DNA from: a virus
Lineage: Duplodnaviria; Caudoviricetes
Virus record (IMG/VR): IMGVR_UViG_3300018405_000018
Span: 1-63,174 of that record
DNA: 63,174 bases
Strand: one strand, 5' to 3'
How positions within the stretch are numbered: position 1 is the first letter of the stretch; each line of letters starts with the position of its first letter. The notes under the pieces are model-generated. The model searched no databases. It worked only from the letters and a program-made list of their open reading frames with translations, and was not told the origin of the DNA. Below, one piece after another: positions 62,939 through 63,174 of this stretch. Position numbers and translations under genes: made by a program.

Positions 62939-63174
62939 ATGTCAGAAACAAAAAACCCACTAATGCAACGCTTGCAAATTCCAGGCGAAACATTTCGCCT
63001 GCCTTCACAAGGGTTGTTCTATACGAACAGTGAACTGACGGATGACGTAACCAACGGCGAGGTTCACGTCTTTCCAATGACAGCGTATGACGAGATAGTG
63101 TTTAAGACGCCGGACATGTTGCTGTCCGGCAAGGCAATCGATGAGGTGTTCCAACGATGCATTCCTCAGATCAA
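62939..63174 (+). CDS. Baseplate hub assembly protein (gp26-like), truncated by window
   Basis: Absent from the ORF track. Manual translation: MSETKNPLMQRLQIPGETFRLPSQGLFY...GEVHVFPMTAYDEIVFKTPDMLLSGKAIDEVFQRCIP. Confidence 0.75.
   Translation, partial: MSETKNPLMQRLQIPGETFRLPSQGLFYTNSELTDDVTNGEVHVFPMTAYDEIVFKTPDMLLSGKAIDEVFQRCIPQI

Noticed and set aside
1-63174. Alternative genetic code (stop-codon reassignment)
   Set aside because: Core genes translate full length in the standard code, and TAA, TGA and TAG all appear as stops of plausible genes.
1-63174. tRNA or rRNA genes
   Set aside because: Intergenic gaps are short and occupied by promoters and terminators. No cloverleaf was recognised by eye; tRNAscan-SE would confirm.

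Overview
This 63 kb window is the virion morphogenesis region of a large T4-superfamily myovirus, probably a jumbo phage. Nearly all genes lie on the minus strand. Read right to left, the core cluster is: tape-measure-like protein, portal (gp20), gp67-like core protein, prohead protease (gp21), scaffold (gp22), major capsid (gp23), an Ig-like decoration protein, probable internal head proteins, enlarged neck proteins gp13 and gp14, gp15, sheath (gp18), tube (gp19), a tube initiator, gp4, and terminase subunits flanked by two nuclease genes. The left ~37 kb encodes about 18 fibre, adhesin and chaperone genes built from a small shared set of modules. At least 27 copies of the T4-type late promoter core ATAAATA sit just upstream of gene starts, and there are several UNCG/GNRA terminators. 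The best candidate for an undescribed system is a virion glycosylation locus. Four Pro-poor collagen-like fibre proteins carry roughly 150-160 copies (manual count) of a G[FY]TGS motif. They surround one oppositely oriented, sigma70-promoter-driven gene that fuses three glycosyltransferase domains and an FkbM-type O-methyltransferase. The neck protein gp13 has 11 extra W-rich modules that match modules at the fibre ends and could be docking sites. All functional calls come from motif recognition by eye; no database searches were run.
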